Part shown: in pieces, positions 1 through 8,519 of the stretch
Layout: every line of letters starts with the position of its first letter
How positions within the stretch are numbered: the first letter of the stretch is position 1
IMG/VR virus record: IMGVR_UViG_3300016265_000497
Location: 1-26,248 of that record
DNA length: 26,248 bases
Source of the DNA: a virus
Lineage: Duplodnaviria > Caudoviricetes
Direction: 5' to 3' (one strand)
Made by a program: the position numbers and the translations under genes
The notes under the pieces: generated by a model
Databases searched by the model: none
What the model saw: the letters and a program-made list of their open reading frames with translations, nothing else
Told to the model about the DNA's origin: nothing

Positions 1-207
1 CGCAATGCTTCTATCGAATCCAAGCTGATCAAAGCTGGTGTTACTGAAGTCATCTCTGAGTCGTTCACTCATACCAACGACGGATTCAATGGCGTGTTTG
101 TTGTCAACACTGATGCTGGTAAGAAGATTGTCACCATCGATACGATCCTTGCTGGTGGCTACAATATCCAGTGCCTGCATCTGCGAGTTCTCGTGAATGT
201 CAAGTAA
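1..207 (+). CDS. 3' end of a phage hypothetical protein (partial, runs off the window)
   Basis: Frame 1 is open from base 1 to TAA at 205-207 (...DTILAGGYNIQCLHLRVLVNVK*). Codon style matches the neighbouring early genes. Confidence 0.8.
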   Translation, partial: RNASIESKLIKAGVTEVISESFTHTNDGFNGVFVVNTDAGKKIVTIDTILAGGYNIQCLHLRVLVNVK

Positions 208-216
208 AAATTTTTG

Positions 217-245
217 TTGACTGAACTCGATGGTTGGAGTAAAAT
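217..245 (+). promoter_or_regulatory. sigma70-type early promoter
   Basis: TTGACT (217-222), 17 bp spacer, TAAAAT (240-245), with an AT tract upstream. Confidence 0.85.
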
Positions 246-270
246 TCAACCATCACCAACGACACACATC

Positions 271-546
271 ATGACTAAAATCTACTACGCGGCTGCAAAG
301 AAGAAGACTCAGGGTCACAATGCCGGTGCTATCTTCAAAGTCTGGCGTCAGGCGAATGGCACTGTCTATGCAATCAAGCAAAACTTCGGCAATGAGCCTG
401 TTACCATGAAAGCTATCACGATTGACGTTGGTCAACCGATTGCATACTCTGTCGAGATGGCTCGTCGAACTTTCACCCGTCCTTCGACTGATATCGAATC
501 TGTCATCGAAGAATCCATCGAAATCTGTGAATCCACTTACTGCTAA
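271..546 (+). CDS. hypothetical early protein
   Basis: ATG at 271 (MTKIYYAAAKKK...) lies downstream of the promoter. The track's start at 214 sits at the promoter itself. Confidence 0.75.
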   Translation: MTKIYYAAAKKKTQGHNAGAIFKVWRQANGTVYAIKQNFGNEPVTMKAITIDVGQPIAYSVEMARRTFTRPSTDIESVIEESIEICESTYC

Positions 547-560
547 GGAGAAATCATATT

Positions 561-749
561 ATGGAAAACATGGAACAACTCATCAAAGACGCTGCTCGAT
601 ATCGCTGGCTTCGTCAACAACCAAACGATACGAGTGCGCCAAGAATTGATGTCGTTCGTTGGACAGAAAACAACGATGTCAATGAGGGAGAAGGTCTTCG
701 ACTTGAAGCCCTTGATGCTGCAATCGATGAACAAATGAAAGGTGAATGA
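561..749 (+). CDS. small hypothetical protein (DAARYRWLR-type phage motif)
   Basis: AAGGAG SD. DAARYRWLR...LDAAID pattern is common in small phage proteins. Confidence 0.8.
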   Translation: MENMEQLIKDAARYRWLRQQPNDTSAPRIDVVRWTENNDVNEGEGLRLEALDAAIDEQMKGE

Positions 750-752
750 ATT

Positions 753-1349
753 ATGCTGCGACTGACCACTATCCAAGAAAACCATCAGAACTCATTGGAT
801 ACAATCAACTCATTCAGGAATAGTGAATGTGCAGAGATGAAAGCAATCACCGAGTTTCTTCTCCAGACGGATGTGAATCCCTATAGCTTTCTACCAAGCA
901 ATTTTGCTGGTGGATTCAATACTTCATCTGGATTTGAGAATCTACTGCACATGATTCATCATGCACTGGTAGATGATGGTGATATCTCGTTTCCTGTGGT
1001 GAACGGTTCACCTCGTATCTCGTTTGTCTACAAGTGGGAAGACAACTATGCTGACTATGTTCTGACCAGTAATGAGAAGCTTATGCGAGAGCAGTATGGC
1101 ACTGAGTATGAAGTTGATCAGTGTACCGATGTTTTCCACTTCATTGAGAAGTTTGAACATTATCATACCAAGCAAGTCAAGCGTTGGTTCATCACTGATG
1201 CTGCTCGATTCGGTATTGAGTGGGCAGCAGACAAGTATGAAAACTATGCTCGATATGACTGGAGTTGGGAAACTGATCCAGAAGTTCTTGCTGAGATCGA
1301 AGCTTTCCGTGATACAATGATCAAGTCTGGTCGTATGAAAGGTGTATGA
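753..1349 (+). CDS. hypothetical protein
   Basis: 198 aa ORF tightly packed in the operon, AAGGTG SD. Confidence 0.8.
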   Translation: MLRLTTIQENHQNSLDTINSFRNSECAEMKAITEFLLQTDVNPYSFLPSNFAGGFNTSSGFENLLHMIHHALVDDGDISFPVVNGSPRISFVYKWEDNYADYVLTSNEKLMREQYGTEYEVDQCTDVFHFIEKFEHYHTKQVKRWFITDAARFGIEWAADKYENYARYDWSWETDPEVLAEIEAFRDTMIKSGRMKGV

Positions 1350-1350
1350 A

Positions 1351-1638
1351 ATGATTATTGATAATGATACTCTGATGTTGCTTGCTCGTGATGCTGGTCT
1401 GCCAGTCACTTGGTGGAACAAGGCTCTTGAAGCTGGCGAATCTCGTGAATGGCGAGAACTTCAACGATTTGCATATGATGTTCTTGCAACATTTGCTCAA
1501 AGACAAACTGGCAATCGCTGGATCACTGAGTATCCTGGTGATGTCTTTGTTGTCTTTGATCCCACGACTGATGGTGCTCAGATTCTTGGTGCTGCTCGAT
1601 CTTTCTCTGAAGCAAAGTCTTTGCTTGACTCGATCTGA
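1351..1638 (+). CDS. hypothetical protein
   Basis: ATG at 1351 after AAAGGTG. Abuts the previous stop. Confidence 0.7.
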   Translation: MIIDNDTLMLLARDAGLPVTWWNKALEAGESREWRELQRFAYDVLATFAQRQTGNRWITEYPGDVFVVFDPTTDGAQILGAARSFSEAKSLLDSI

Positions 1639-1653
1639 CGGCTGAACTACAAT
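1625..1653 (+). promoter_or_regulatory. sigma70-type promoter, near-leaderless transcript
   Basis: TTGACT (1625-1630), 17 bp, TACAAT (1648-1653). ATG is 9 nt downstream. Confidence 0.8.
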
Positions 1654-1662
1654 CTCTATATC

Positions 1663-2379
1663 ATGAAAACATCTACTCTCATCCTGATTCCAGTTGTTGC
1701 TCTGCTTGCAGCATGTTCGAAGCAGCCCGCGACATGTGATAGTCCAGAAGCAACCGCACTTGTCAATCAAACGATTCTGAAGATTGCAAAGGTACCAGAT
1801 GGCGTCTTTGATGCAAAGTTCAGTCAAGTGATCACACATTCCGCAACTAATGAAGAAACAGCATGTGAAGCAATCGTCACCTACAGTCTAAAAGACGCTA
1901 CCAAGAGCTTTTGGACTAATGCAGTACAGAAGCTTGAGTCGGTGAATAAAATCGCTCCAGAGACTGGATTCCCGCTTAATCGGTACGTTCCTAGTGCAGA
2001 TGATGTGATGTTCTATGCACAACATCAAGCAACGCTAGATGATCATGCAATGCTGATTCTTCTTGGTGCAACGAGTTATGCAGAAAGTTTCAGAAAGTAC
2101 CTGAAGAAAATGTCTGAAGATGAATCGCATCCCGAACACATCATCTTTCTTGCAAATAGCTATGCGCTTGCTGATGCATACAAAGACACTGAGAAACAGA
2201 CTGGTGTTTACAATGATGCATATGCATCTCAGTCGAAGTTCATTGCAAAGTACACTGTCAAGCTTGTGACTGTTAATGGTCAGAAGAAGAACTATGTGAC
2301 TTCATATGCAGTTGGTCCGTTTGATGCTCTGTCGTATATCAACAACATCAACAATGCAGTGGCAAAAGTTCTTCAGTAA
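1663..2379 (+). CDS. putative lipoprotein
   Basis: N-terminal MK, hydrophobic stretch and lipobox LAAC. Confidence 0.8.
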   Translation: MKTSTLILIPVVALLAACSKQPATCDSPEATALVNQTILKIAKVPDGVFDAKFSQVITHSATNEETACEAIVTYSLKDATKSFWTNAVQKLESVNKIAPETGFPLNRYVPSADDVMFYAQHQATLDDHAMLILLGATSYAESFRKYLKKMSEDESHPEHIIFLANSYALADAYKDTEKQTGVYNDAYASQSKFIAKYTVKLVTVNGQKKNYVTSYAVGPFDALSYINNINNAVAKVLQ

Positions 2380-2400
2380 TCCAGATATACTCTATACATC

Positions 2401-2727
2401 ATGAAAAAGTTGAAATTCAAATCTGCCGAAGAGAAACGCCGCTACGAAGAGAACGAGCGTAGCTGGCAGCAACTTCAACAGAAGTATGCACCGAAGAAAG
2501 TTCTGGCATCTGCTTCTAGCAAGCTAGAATATTCTCTGAGCAATCCTCCTGGACGTGATCGTCTTGATCTGCCAAGCAAGATGACTCCTGGTGGCTCTAC
2601 TGCTCGGCGTGATTCTCGCGTATACTCTGGTACTGCAATGATTGGTGTTGGTACGATGCACAAGAGCAATATGGTACCAATCTTCCGTGATCAAGATGCA
2701 AAAGACATTGCATCGATGAGGCGTTAA
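2401..2727 (+). CDS. conserved T4-like phage hypothetical protein
   Basis: C-terminal YSGTAMIGVGTMHKSNMVPIF...AKDIASMRR, a motif I recall from T4-like myoviruses. TATACT lies 9 nt upstream of the ATG. Confidence 0.8.
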   Translation: MKKLKFKSAEEKRRYEENERSWQQLQQKYAPKKVLASASSKLEYSLSNPPGRDRLDLPSKMTPGGSTARRDSRVYSGTAMIGVGTMHKSNMVPIFRDQDAKDIASMRR

Positions 2728-2746
2728 TTCATGGAGAACTTGTGCA

Positions 2747-2968
2747 ATGAAGATCAAAACATTCATGACAGCAGCCAAGTATTCCGCAATCACAACTCTT
2801 ATTGGAGTCTTTCTTGCTGGTGTGTTCATCGTATATGAGCAAACAAAATGGGATCAGTATAAGAAGCGACATAAGTGTTATAAAGTTGAGAGTCCATATT
2901 CTAATGAAAGAATTCATTGGACGTATTATGAATGTCGAAATGGTAAACTTTTCAGGAGGGATCAGTGA
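2747..2968 (+). CDS. small membrane protein
   Basis: GGAG SD; single hydrophobic segment. Confidence 0.7.
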   Translation: MKIKTFMTAAKYSAITTLIGVFLAGVFIVYEQTKWDQYKKRHKCYKVESPYSNERIHWTYYECRNGKLFRRDQ

Positions 2969-3363
2969 TGTGTAATAAAATTTTGATCGACCGCGCAGTG
3001 CTGGAGCAGGCGCTGGAGGCTTTTGAATGTCACGCGAATCAGTACCCGCATATGGTCAAAGGTTACACGTTGGACGCTGCTGAAGCCATTCGCGCAGCAC
3101 TGGAGCAGCCGCAAGTCGAGCAGGAGCCTTATATCTGGTATTGCCCAGATAACGGATGGGTCTGGACAGTTGAAGCAGTAGTTTATCGAGGTGATACGGA
3201 CGGAATGATCCCACTCTACACCCACCCGCAGCCACCTCGCCAGCCGCTGACGGATGAGCAGATCGATGCCATCGTCGCAAACTACGGCCTCAACGTGGGC
3301 GACTGGTCAAAGAATGGGGCAAGCGTTGCCCGCGCCATCGAGCGTGCCCACGTAATAGGATAA
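2965..3363 (+). CDS. hypothetical protein (PLYTHPQP/PLTDEQI-type phage family)
   Basis: AGGAGG SD; motifs AIRAALEQP, PLYTHPQP, PLTDEQI, ARAIERAH. Visibly GC-richer than its flanks. The start may be ATG 2968. Confidence 0.75.
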   Translation: MMCNKILIDRAVLEQALEAFECHANQYPHMVKGYTLDAAEAIRAALEQPQVEQEPYIWYCPDNGWVWTVEAVVYRGDTDGMIPLYTHPQPPRQPLTDEQIDAIVANYGLNVGDWSKNGASVARAIERAHVIG

Positions 3364-3368
3364 CAGGA

Positions 3369-3536
3369 ATGATCAGATCCTTCATTTTTGGATACATGAT
3401 CGCTTACTTTTTGGGTGCATTCGTTTCATGGGACTTGAATCCAGCTAGTTGGATTCTTGCGGCGCGCCTCTGGGTTTCCTTCATGGGATTGGCTTTCACT
3501 GCGTTCATAATGATAGGAATAGGAGAGAAAGAATGA
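3369..3536 (+). CDS. small membrane protein (55 aa, below track cutoff)
   Basis: My translation: MIRSFIFGYMIAYFLGAFVSWDLNPASWILAARLWVSFMGLAFTAFIMIGIGEKE*. ATGA overlap with the next gene. Confidence 0.7.
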   Translation: MIRSFIFGYMIAYFLGAFVSWDLNPASWILAARLWVSFMGLAFTAFIMIGIGEKE

Positions 3537-3670
3537 TCTGCGAAAACACTATCAGCGCCGGCTTTCAATTCATGCTAGGCAAGTTTCTGTTTGATCTAAC
3601 AGTATTGGGTATTGTTGTTGCACTATTCATAGCATTTTATTTTGTAGTTGTGTGGCTGACGCGGAGGTAA
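3533..3670 (+). CDS. small membrane protein (45 aa)
   Basis: AGGAG SD and ATG at 3533; hydrophobic C-terminal half. Confidence 0.65.
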   Translation: MICENTISAGFQFMLGKFLFDLTVLGIVVALFIAFYFVVVWLTRR

Positions 3671-3674
3671 AAAT

Positions 3675-3950
3675 ATGAATTCAGAAGACATCATCCGCAT
3701 GGCGCGTGAGGCTGGATTCAGAATCGGCAACTATACGCTCTCAAGTGGTGATCCGTGCGTGTTTGCTGCGCCTGTGTCGGCAACAGATTGCATTCTGGAA
3801 CTTAAACGCTTCGCAGCACTTGTAGCCGCAGCCGAGCGGGAATCTTGTATAGAAGCATGTATGGAAAGTTATCAAGACAATACTGGTCCAGATGGCTGGA
3901 TAAAGTTTGCAATCGAAGCAATTCGTTCAAGGAGCACAAATGATGCGTGA
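3675..3950 (+). CDS. hypothetical protein (DIIRMAREAG...FAALVAAAERE family)
   Basis: GGAGG SD; recurrent small phage protein motif. Confidence 0.8.
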   Translation: MNSEDIIRMAREAGFRIGNYTLSSGDPCVFAAPVSATDCILELKRFAALVAAAERESCIEACMESYQDNTGPDGWIKFAIEAIRSRSTNDA

Positions 3951-4116
3951 GTTTGTAGTTGGTTTTGCGATTTTTATTTCTGGTATTGCTATCGGCATGT
4001 CAACGTATCAAGATAAGTTGTATAATAGATGTGTGAAGGCAAACCCAACAGTTGAGTCCGGTAAGATCAACTCGTACTGCGAAGAGCGTCTATACATCAA
4101 GGAGAAAAGTGAATGA
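3940..4116 (+). CDS. small membrane/exported protein
   Basis: AAGGAG SD then ATG 3940; N-terminal hydrophobic helix. Confidence 0.7.
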   Translation: MMREFVVGFAIFISGIAIGMSTYQDKLYNRCVKANPTVESGKINSYCEERLYIKEKSE

Positions 4117-4286
4117 CTGAACTAAACGCAAAAGTCGTTGTCATTTGGTACAATGATATCTATCAACCATATACACTGAAGCCAACTCGACCAGATAGTG
4201 AAAAGAACTACGCTATTCTGGTCGATGGCTTGTATTTCCTGCTTGGCGACGAAAACGCAAGTCTGCACATCTGTGATCTGGAGTAA
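4113..4286 (+). CDS. hypothetical protein (57 aa, below track cutoff)
   Basis: AAGGAG SD, ATGA overlap, MTELNAKVVVIWYND...HICDLE*. Fills the gap exactly. Confidence 0.65.
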   Translation: MTELNAKVVVIWYNDIYQPYTLKPTRPDSEKNYAILVDGLYFLLGDENASLHICDLE

Positions 4287-4291
4287 AGAAC

Positions 4292-4555
4292 ATGGATAAC
4301 CAACATCGTTCCATAAAGGGATATCGTGATCTCACTCAACATGAGATCGATCTGATGAACAAGATCAAGGCATTTGGTCCACAACTGGAATCGCTCATCA
4401 ATGAAATTCATGATCATCTGAACTCACAAGTTGGTGATATGTTTGATAGCGATATCGACTTTGAGCCATTCAAGTGGATGGATATGGGTAAACGTGATCT
4501 TCAGACTGGACTCATGTTTCTGACTCGTGCTGTTGCACAACCAAACTCATTCTGA
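4292..4555 (+). CDS. acb2: Acb2-family anti-CBASS cyclic-nucleotide sponge (T4 Vs.4-like)
   Basis: MDNQHRSIKGYRDLTQHEIDLMNKIK...W...GKRDLQTGLMFLTRAVAQPNSF matches my recollection of Pseudomonas phage Acb2 at both termini. Confidence 0.9.
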   Translation: MDNQHRSIKGYRDLTQHEIDLMNKIKAFGPQLESLINEIHDHLNSQVGDMFDSDIDFEPFKWMDMGKRDLQTGLMFLTRAVAQPNSF

Positions 4556-4561
4556 TATAAT
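4533..4561 (+). promoter_or_regulatory. sigma70 promoter for a leaderless ligase mRNA
   Basis: TTGCAC (4533-4538), 17 bp, TATAAT (4556-4561). ATG is 6 nt later with no SD. Confidence 0.8.
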
Positions 4562-4567
4562 ATTCAC

Positions 4568-5866
4568 ATGAACACACTCCGCGACATCATCTCTGCTCTT
4601 GCAGCGGAATCCAGCACCAACGCCAAGCTTGCCATTCTGAAGGCAAATGCCGACAACGAAATGCTGAAGACGTACTTCAAGTGTACGCTCGATCCATTCA
4701 TCAACTACTGGCTGCGTGTCAGCGATCTGCCAGCTCCTGGCAAGAACGATCTTGAGCTTGCCCAACTGAAGCTGCTTGTTGCAACGCTGAATAATCGTGT
4801 TCTGACTGGTCATGCTGCTCGTGATTATGTCAACAACATCATGTCTTCTCTGATTCTCGAAGATCAGATTCTTCTGAAGAACATGATCAATCGTGATGCG
4901 AACTGTAAAGTCGCAGAAGGTCTTGTCAATAAGTGTTGGAAGAATCTGATTCCAGAGTTTCCTGTCATGCTTGCCGACAAGTATGATGCAAAGACTGCAT
5001 CAAATATTCCAGAGGGACGAGATGCAATCATCGTTCAGAAGAAAGAAGACGGTGGTCGAGTTGCGATTGTTGTCAAGCCTGATAGTAGCGTTACTGTATA
5101 TTCTCGGAATGGCAATATACTGGAAACACATGGAGTCTTTGATAGTCTCTTTAGTCAGTATCCTGGCAAAGTCTTTGACGGTGAACTGATCGCAATCACC
5201 GAGGCTGGTGATGTCATGGATAGAAAGACCAGTGGGGGATATTTCAACAAAGCTGTTCGCAACACGATCAGCAAAGAAGAAGCAAACAAGCTTCATGCGG
5301 TGCTGTGGGATGTTGTTGACTATCAGAAGTGGCTTGATGGTTTCGATGAAACTCCGTATGTTGAACGATTTGCAACTCTGCAAATCTATGTACATGCTGT
5401 TCCAACGCATCGAATCTCCGTCATCGAATCGAAAGTTGTCTCGACTCATGCAGAATGTCAAGAGTTCTATGAGCATATGCTTGAGCAAGGCTACGAAGGT
5501 GCAATGATGAAGATTGCAACTATGCCCTGGCAAGCCAAGCGAAGCAAGTTTGTTCTCAAACTCAAAGAAACAAATGATGCAACTCTTATCTGTGTCGGTG
5601 TACAGCCGCATAGCAAGAATCCAGATCTTATTGGCTCTCTTGAGTGTCAAACTAGCTGCGGCAAGCTGAAAGTCTCTATCGGCTCTGGATTGACGGAAGA
5701 AGATCGTAAGCGAAACCCAGAATATTTTGTTGGGAAGTTGATCGATATGCACTATAATATGCTCATCACAAGCAAGAACTCTGATGATCATTCGATGTTC
5801 TTGCCACGATACCGTTCGCTGCGACTTGATCAAAAAGTCGCAGATACTTTGGATCATCTCTTGTAA
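4568..5866 (+). CDS. gp30: ATP-dependent DNA ligase (T4 gp30-like)
   Basis: Motif I KEDG, SRNG, DGEL, EGAMMK, KLKE, OB-fold GSG...FLPRY. Confidence 0.95.
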   Translation: MNTLRDIISALAAESSTNAKLAILKANADNEMLKTYFKCTLDPFINYWLRVSDLPAPGKNDLELAQLKLLVATLNNRVLTGHAARDYVNNIMSSLILEDQILLKNMINRDANCKVAEGLVNKCWKNLIPEFPVMLADKYDAKTASNIPEGRDAIIVQKKEDGGRVAIVVKPDSSVTVYSRNGNILETHGVFDSLFSQYPGKVFDGELIAITEAGDVMDRKTSGGYFNKAVRNTISKEEANKLHAVLWDVVDYQKWLDGFDETPYVERFATLQIYVHAVPTHRISVIESKVVSTHAECQEFYEHMLEQGYEGAMMKIATMPWQAKRSKFVLKLKETNDATLICVGVQPHSKNPDLIGSLECQTSCGKLKVSIGSGLTEEDRKRNPEYFVGKLIDMHYNMLITSKNSDDHSMFLPRYRSLRLDQKVADTLDHLL

Positions 5867-6180
5867 TGTCTGGCAGAAAAAAATATCACATCACGGCAAA
5901 GTGTTATGACAAACGTGGTAGACTGATTTCAGTTGGGGTGAACAACTACAAAAAGACTCACCCAACACAGGCAGCGATTGCCGAGAAAGTCGGTCTACCC
6001 GATAAGCAGTTTCTTCATGCCGAGATTCAGGCTCTGTTGCGGGCTGGCGATCAGAAAGTTCACAAGATTCTTGTTGAACGATTTGATTCAAATGGCAATC
6101 CAGCAAACGCAGAGCCATGTCCTGTCTGTAAAGAAGCTATTCGAATGTGGGGTGTTCAATATGTGGAGTTTACAAATTGA
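5866..6180 (+). CDS. cytidine/dCMP deaminase-fold zinc protein
   Basis: HAE and PCPVC zinc motifs; TAATG coupling to the ligase. Confidence 0.85.
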   Translation: MSGRKKYHITAKCYDKRGRLISVGVNNYKKTHPTQAAIAEKVGLPDKQFLHAEIQALLRAGDQKVHKILVERFDSNGNPANAEPCPVCKEAIRMWGVQYVEFTN

Positions 6181-6230
6181 AAGTAAAACGTCGAAATCTA
6201 TCTTTTCTATCTGGACTGGAACCAACGCAA

Positions 6231-7226
6231 ATGCTTGACTTTGAATCTAATATGAACTATGCAACAGACAACTATGAAGCCTATGTTGCTACTCAATTTG
6301 TTGACATTCGATTGAATGCTGGATATTCAACCGTCACTCAAACAGTTGATGTCAATGCAAAGCTGTCCGATCTGAAGGAGTTCCTCAGTGAACAGTTCAT
6401 CATTGTTCAACCTAACAATCGAACTCTCTTTGGCATCAATGCTGATCGAAGTCTGATGTTCACCATTGAAGACAAGCAATGGGCAATCAATGTCTCATTC
6501 ACTGGCAACGAACATGAAGTTGCTGCTGCTGTTGATTTGCTGCAAGAAAACTTCGAACAGAATCCATGCTATATTCGTTGGGTCTATGATTCGCAGTATA
6601 TGGAATATATCAAGATGCCTGTGAATACGCATCACTTGCCATTCCAGGAGATGTATCCATATATGAAAGAATCGCTACACGATTACTATGATCGATACAT
6701 CAATAGTAGCGCAAATGTTCTACTTTTACTGGGCCCTCCTGGGGTGGGTAAAACTTCGTTTCTTCGTGGTCTTCTCTATCATGCAAAGCAGAGTGCAACT
6801 CTGACATATCATGAGAAGGTACTGGAACAAGATCGCTTCTTTGTCGATTGGCTTGAGAGCAACGATATGTTTCTGATTCTGGAAGATGCGGACACGCTGT
6901 TGCTGCCACGTAAAGAAGGCAACAATCTCATGGCTCGTTTCTTGAATCTGGGTGATGGTCTGATGGGCTTCACGAATAAGAAGATCATCTTCAGCACGAA
7001 CTTGCCAAACATCTCTTCGATTGACAGTGCATTGACTCGTCCTGGACGATGCTTTGATATTCTTCAGTTCCGCAATCTAACACATGAAGAAGCTAAAATC
7101 ATGTGTGCAAAGATCGGCACTGAGCCGCCAAAAGTCAGCGACAATCAGTCCGTGAGTGAGTTGTTTGCAACCAAGCGAAACGAGGTAGTGACAAAGCAAG
7201 CAACAAAAACTTTTGGCTTCATCTAA
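6231..7226 (+). CDS. AAA+ ATPase
   Basis: Walker A GPPGVGKT, Walker B LILEDAD, sensor STN, DSALTRPGRCFD. Start uncertain (6231 or 6252). Confidence 0.9.
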   Translation: MLDFESNMNYATDNYEAYVATQFVDIRLNAGYSTVTQTVDVNAKLSDLKEFLSEQFIIVQPNNRTLFGINADRSLMFTIEDKQWAINVSFTGNEHEVAAAVDLLQENFEQNPCYIRWVYDSQYMEYIKMPVNTHHLPFQEMYPYMKESLHDYYDRYINSSANVLLLLGPPGVGKTSFLRGLLYHAKQSATLTYHEKVLEQDRFFVDWLESNDMFLILEDADTLLLPRKEGNNLMARFLNLGDGLMGFTNKKIIFSTNLPNISSIDSALTRPGRCFDILQFRNLTHEEAKIMCAKIGTEPPKVSDNQSVSELFATKRNEVVTKQATKTFGFI

Positions 7227-7240
7227 ATCTGTGCTACAAT
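7213..7240 (+). promoter_or_regulatory. sigma70 promoter with extended -10
   Basis: TTGGCT (7213-7218) and TG-c-TACAAT (7232-7240), followed by an A/C-rich leader. Confidence 0.65.
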
Positions 7241-7265
7241 TCACTCACTGAACAACGAAAGACAC

Positions 7266-7499
7266 ATGATGAACTACATGACTAAATCCCAGATCGTTCG
7301 TGCGTACAACAAAGGTCTACTCGATGATGTTGCAAAACAGCTTCGTATGTATGGTAAGATCACTGTTGACAAGTCGTTTGAAATCGAGTCTGGCTATCAT
7401 GTTGGTCATCATCGCGTCATGCACTTCGAACATCATGGACTTGAATGGAAAGTTCATTTTCATAACGGCGAAGTCAAGCAACTCGGTCACACTCTGTAA
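7266..7499 (+). CDS. hypothetical protein
   Basis: 77 aa ORF after the promoter with phage-typical codons. Confidence 0.75.
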   Translation: MMNYMTKSQIVRAYNKGLLDDVAKQLRMYGKITVDKSFEIESGYHVGHHRVMHFEHHGLEWKVHFHNGEVKQLGHTL

Positions 7500-7536
7500 T
7501 CTTTCTCTCAACCAACTCCACTAAAGGAACTTCAAA

Positions 7537-7857
7537 ATGGACGAACTGAACTTTGATCAAGAACAAACCAACGGTGGCGCAACTGGCTTCGTCATGCCAA
7601 GCAGCCCCGCTGATCGTAAGCACATCATGGATGTGATGGATGAAATCAGTGCATCAAAGACTCGTGCAGAAGCAGAGCGTGATTTCCAAAAGGAAGCGAT
7701 TTCGGAATTGCACGACAAGTTCAAGATCCCGAAGCGTCTACTGAATCGCTTTGCAAAATCCTACCACAAATCGGCATTTGCAGAAGAACTTGCAGTTGAT
7801 GATGACTTCGAAGCAATGGTCGAAATCCTTGCAAAGACTAAATCTCAGTCTGTATAA
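7537..7857 (+). CDS. dsbA: T4 DsbA-like double-stranded DNA-binding protein
   Basis: EISASKTR...LLNRFAKSYHK...DFEAMVE pattern resembles T4 DsbA. Near rnh, as in T4. Confidence 0.75.
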   Translation: MDELNFDQEQTNGGATGFVMPSSPADRKHIMDVMDEISASKTRAEAERDFQKEAISELHDKFKIPKRLLNRFAKSYHKSAFAEELAVDDDFEAMVEILAKTKSQSV

Positions 7858-8471
7858 CGATGTAATTCAGTCTTGAACTTGGTCAGATAGCGAGATGCTG
7901 CATCTTGCTTCTGGCCTTTATTCAAATTGGCGATCCCGATATTGTAGGCTTGAACTGCTTTCTCGGGATCGCCAAGCTTCTGATGGTAAGTCTTCAGAAT
8001 GTTTGCACCATGCTTCATCTGACCATCAATCGTTGATAGTTCTTTGTGTGGAATATTCCATACCATTGGACGAACTTGAAGGAGTCCACGCGCTGGATCA
8101 TGCTTCAACTTACTCACAGCTTTCTCGTTGAAACTAGATTCGATTCCAGCAAGAGCAAGCAGATGATGCGCTTTTGGAAAGACTGGATCAGCATGACGAA
8201 TCGCGGCATTTACGATCTCTTCTGCTTTCTTTGGCTCAATATTGAACTTTGCAAGTACAGTTTTCTTTAGATGCTCTGGATCTTGTTTTGCTAGCTTGTG
8301 CATCGCTTGAGAAATATGTTGCTGCTTGCCCTTCTCAATGTAGTGCATTCCACCGGCAGTCAGAGCACCAGCAATTCCAAGCGTTATAGCGATGTCTTTC
8401 AGCTTACCTTCTTCTAGTTGTTCTTGTTGCTCAAGAACTTGCTTATAAGCTTGTGTGATTGAATCTTTCAT
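7845..8471 (-). CDS. lytic transglycosylase (SLT domain)
   Basis: IESSFN (catalytic Glu), GLLQV, AYNIG motifs. Probable start MKDSITQ at 8471. Confidence 0.9.
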   Translation of the reverse strand: MKDSITQAYKQVLEQQEQLEEGKLKDIAITLGIAGALTAGGMHYIEKGKQQHISQAMHKLAKQDPEHLKKTVLAKFNIEPKKAEEIVNAAIRHADPVFPKAHHLLALAGIESSFNEKAVSKLKHDPARGLLQVRPMVWNIPHKELSTIDGQMKHGANILKTYHQKLGDPEKAVQAYNIGIANLNKGQKQDAASRYLTKFKTELHRYTD

Positions 8472-8519
8472 GTTAGAATACTTGTAGTTATTCTTGTATA
8501 TAAGCAAAAGGAGCACTCG

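Noticed and set aside
5000-5857. 285 aa antisense ORF, and similar shadows at 1321-1839, 9343-9843, 17733-18164 and 21870-22337
   Set aside because: They lie opposite well-supported genes, have no motifs, and are explained by codon bias.
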